64,000 nt of DNA from an uncultured Methanoregulaceae archaeon (GTDB lineage Archaea > Halobacteriota > Methanomicrobia > Methanomicrobiales > Methanospirillaceae). Below the pieces are notes generated by a model. It ran no database searches and was not told the DNA's origin. It saw only the letters and a program-made list of their open reading frames with translations. This document shows positions 63,101 through 64,000 of this stretch, piece by piece; the first letter of the stretch is position 1; the number at the start of each line of letters is the position of its first letter. The stretch covers positions 1,792,001 through 1,856,000 of the forward strand of contig OY969564.1 in the NCBI GenBank assembly GCA_963701095.1, written 5' to 3'. Position numbers and translations under genes: made by a program.

Positions 63101-63466
63101 ATGACGTTTCCTGAAACCCTGAAATATATATCAGACCTGAATGGACAAGAGTCCACCAAAACAACAGGAAAAGAACTTCTCCGGGTCAGGGTTAAAGTCG
63201 AAATCGCGACCAACCGGGCAGAATTCGGCGATATAACCCCGGATGTCCTGCGCCCCGGTGTCATCACGGAATCTGCCGATCTCAGGATCTCGGTGCTTGC
63301 GCTTGCTCTTCGCGGAACCGGCAAAGTCCCTGTTGCAAACGATGTTTTTTTCGTACGACTCACTGATCAAAACACTTGCACTGACATTGATATTGCAAGG
63401 CAGGACTCTGGTGAAGGATTAGACGCTCTCGACATGAAAAATATTCTTCTGGGAAAATCGAATTGA
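63101..63466 (+). CDS. Hypothetical protein
   Basis: ORF with AGGA before ATG 63101; overlaps the start of the next gene. Confidence 0.5.
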   Translation: MTFPETLKYISDLNGQESTKTTGKELLRVRVKVEIATNRAEFGDITPDVLRPGVITESADLRISVLALALRGTGKVPVANDVFFVRLTDQNTCTDIDIARQDSGEGLDALDMKNILLGKSN

Positions 63467-63921
63467 CACTCCAGATCACAGTTGCTGCACCGTTCAGGCA
63501 CACCCGCAAAACCGGCTTACGCAGGAATGAGCTCGTCTATTATTATGCGCTTGACCGTAAATGGATGAGCACAGATCAGGCAGCCGTTTTACTTCGACGG
63601 GCAGAAGAGGCAGGACTTCTCCGGCAGGAGAACGGGATTTTTTCGATCCTTTTCGACCCGGCGGCGGTCACCGTTCCTATTGGGTTCCGGCCCTCTTCTA
63701 CCATTTTCGAAGCAAATGATCCTGCACAAGAGCTTATTTCCAGGATCGCAAAAGCATCAGGTCAGCCGGAAACAGACATTGTTGCGGAGATGAACAAAAT
63801 TATCCGCGACCAGTTCGGCGGAAATCTGCTGCCACCTGCGGCATTGGTGTTTCTTGCAAAAAAATATCGTATTCCCTATGAGGACCTCCGCGAGGCCCTC
63901 ATATCTGCGGTAAAAAAATAA
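63463..63921 (+). CDS. DUF2240-like protein
   Basis: VAAPF, LDRKWMS.DQA, VP.GFRP. Confidence 0.75.
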   Translation: MTLQITVAAPFRHTRKTGLRRNELVYYYALDRKWMSTDQAAVLLRRAEEAGLLRQENGIFSILFDPAAVTVPIGFRPSSTIFEANDPAQELISRIAKASGQPETDIVAEMNKIIRDQFGGNLLPPAALVFLAKKYRIPYEDLREALISAVKK

Positions 63922-64000
63922 TACCAAGGATAAATACGGTATTTTTTCATTTGGCGCCAGAATTCCCGGAAAATCAATATAATCCAAAGGTCAAAAGATA

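Overview
Chromosomal segment of a methanogenic archaeon, most consistent with Methanomicrobiales (Methanoregula-like), judged from gene content: A1Ao ATP synthase, TFB, SRP19, Gar1, eS8, NrpRII-like protein, class II LysRS. The left half (1-32.2 kb) is accessory and surface-related. It holds (i) a minus-strand cluster with a tandemly duplicated pair of archaeal type IV pilin genes, three paralogous SAM methyltransferases, a DUF364-like protein, a radical SAM enzyme fused to a substrate-binding-protein domain, a PEGA-transglutaminase protein and a lipoprotein, where two sub-operons share a TTAACAA-N7-T(T/G)GTTAA palindrome; (ii) a Dpp/Nik-type ABC importer; (iii) a DUF4013-like gene bracketed by two ~79-bp MITE-like repeats; and (iv) two divergent type IV pilus assembly modules around a KaiC-like ATPase pair. 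The right half is mostly housekeeping: atpHIKECFABD, pgk, rlmH, lysS, nadE, rio2, thiL, two tRNA-Ala, tfb, hypB, rps8e. More than 20 apparent single-base frameshifts, including in essential ATP synthase genes, indicate indel errors in the assembly, so split ORFs are treated as single genes. All family assignments come from motif recognition by eye, not database searches.
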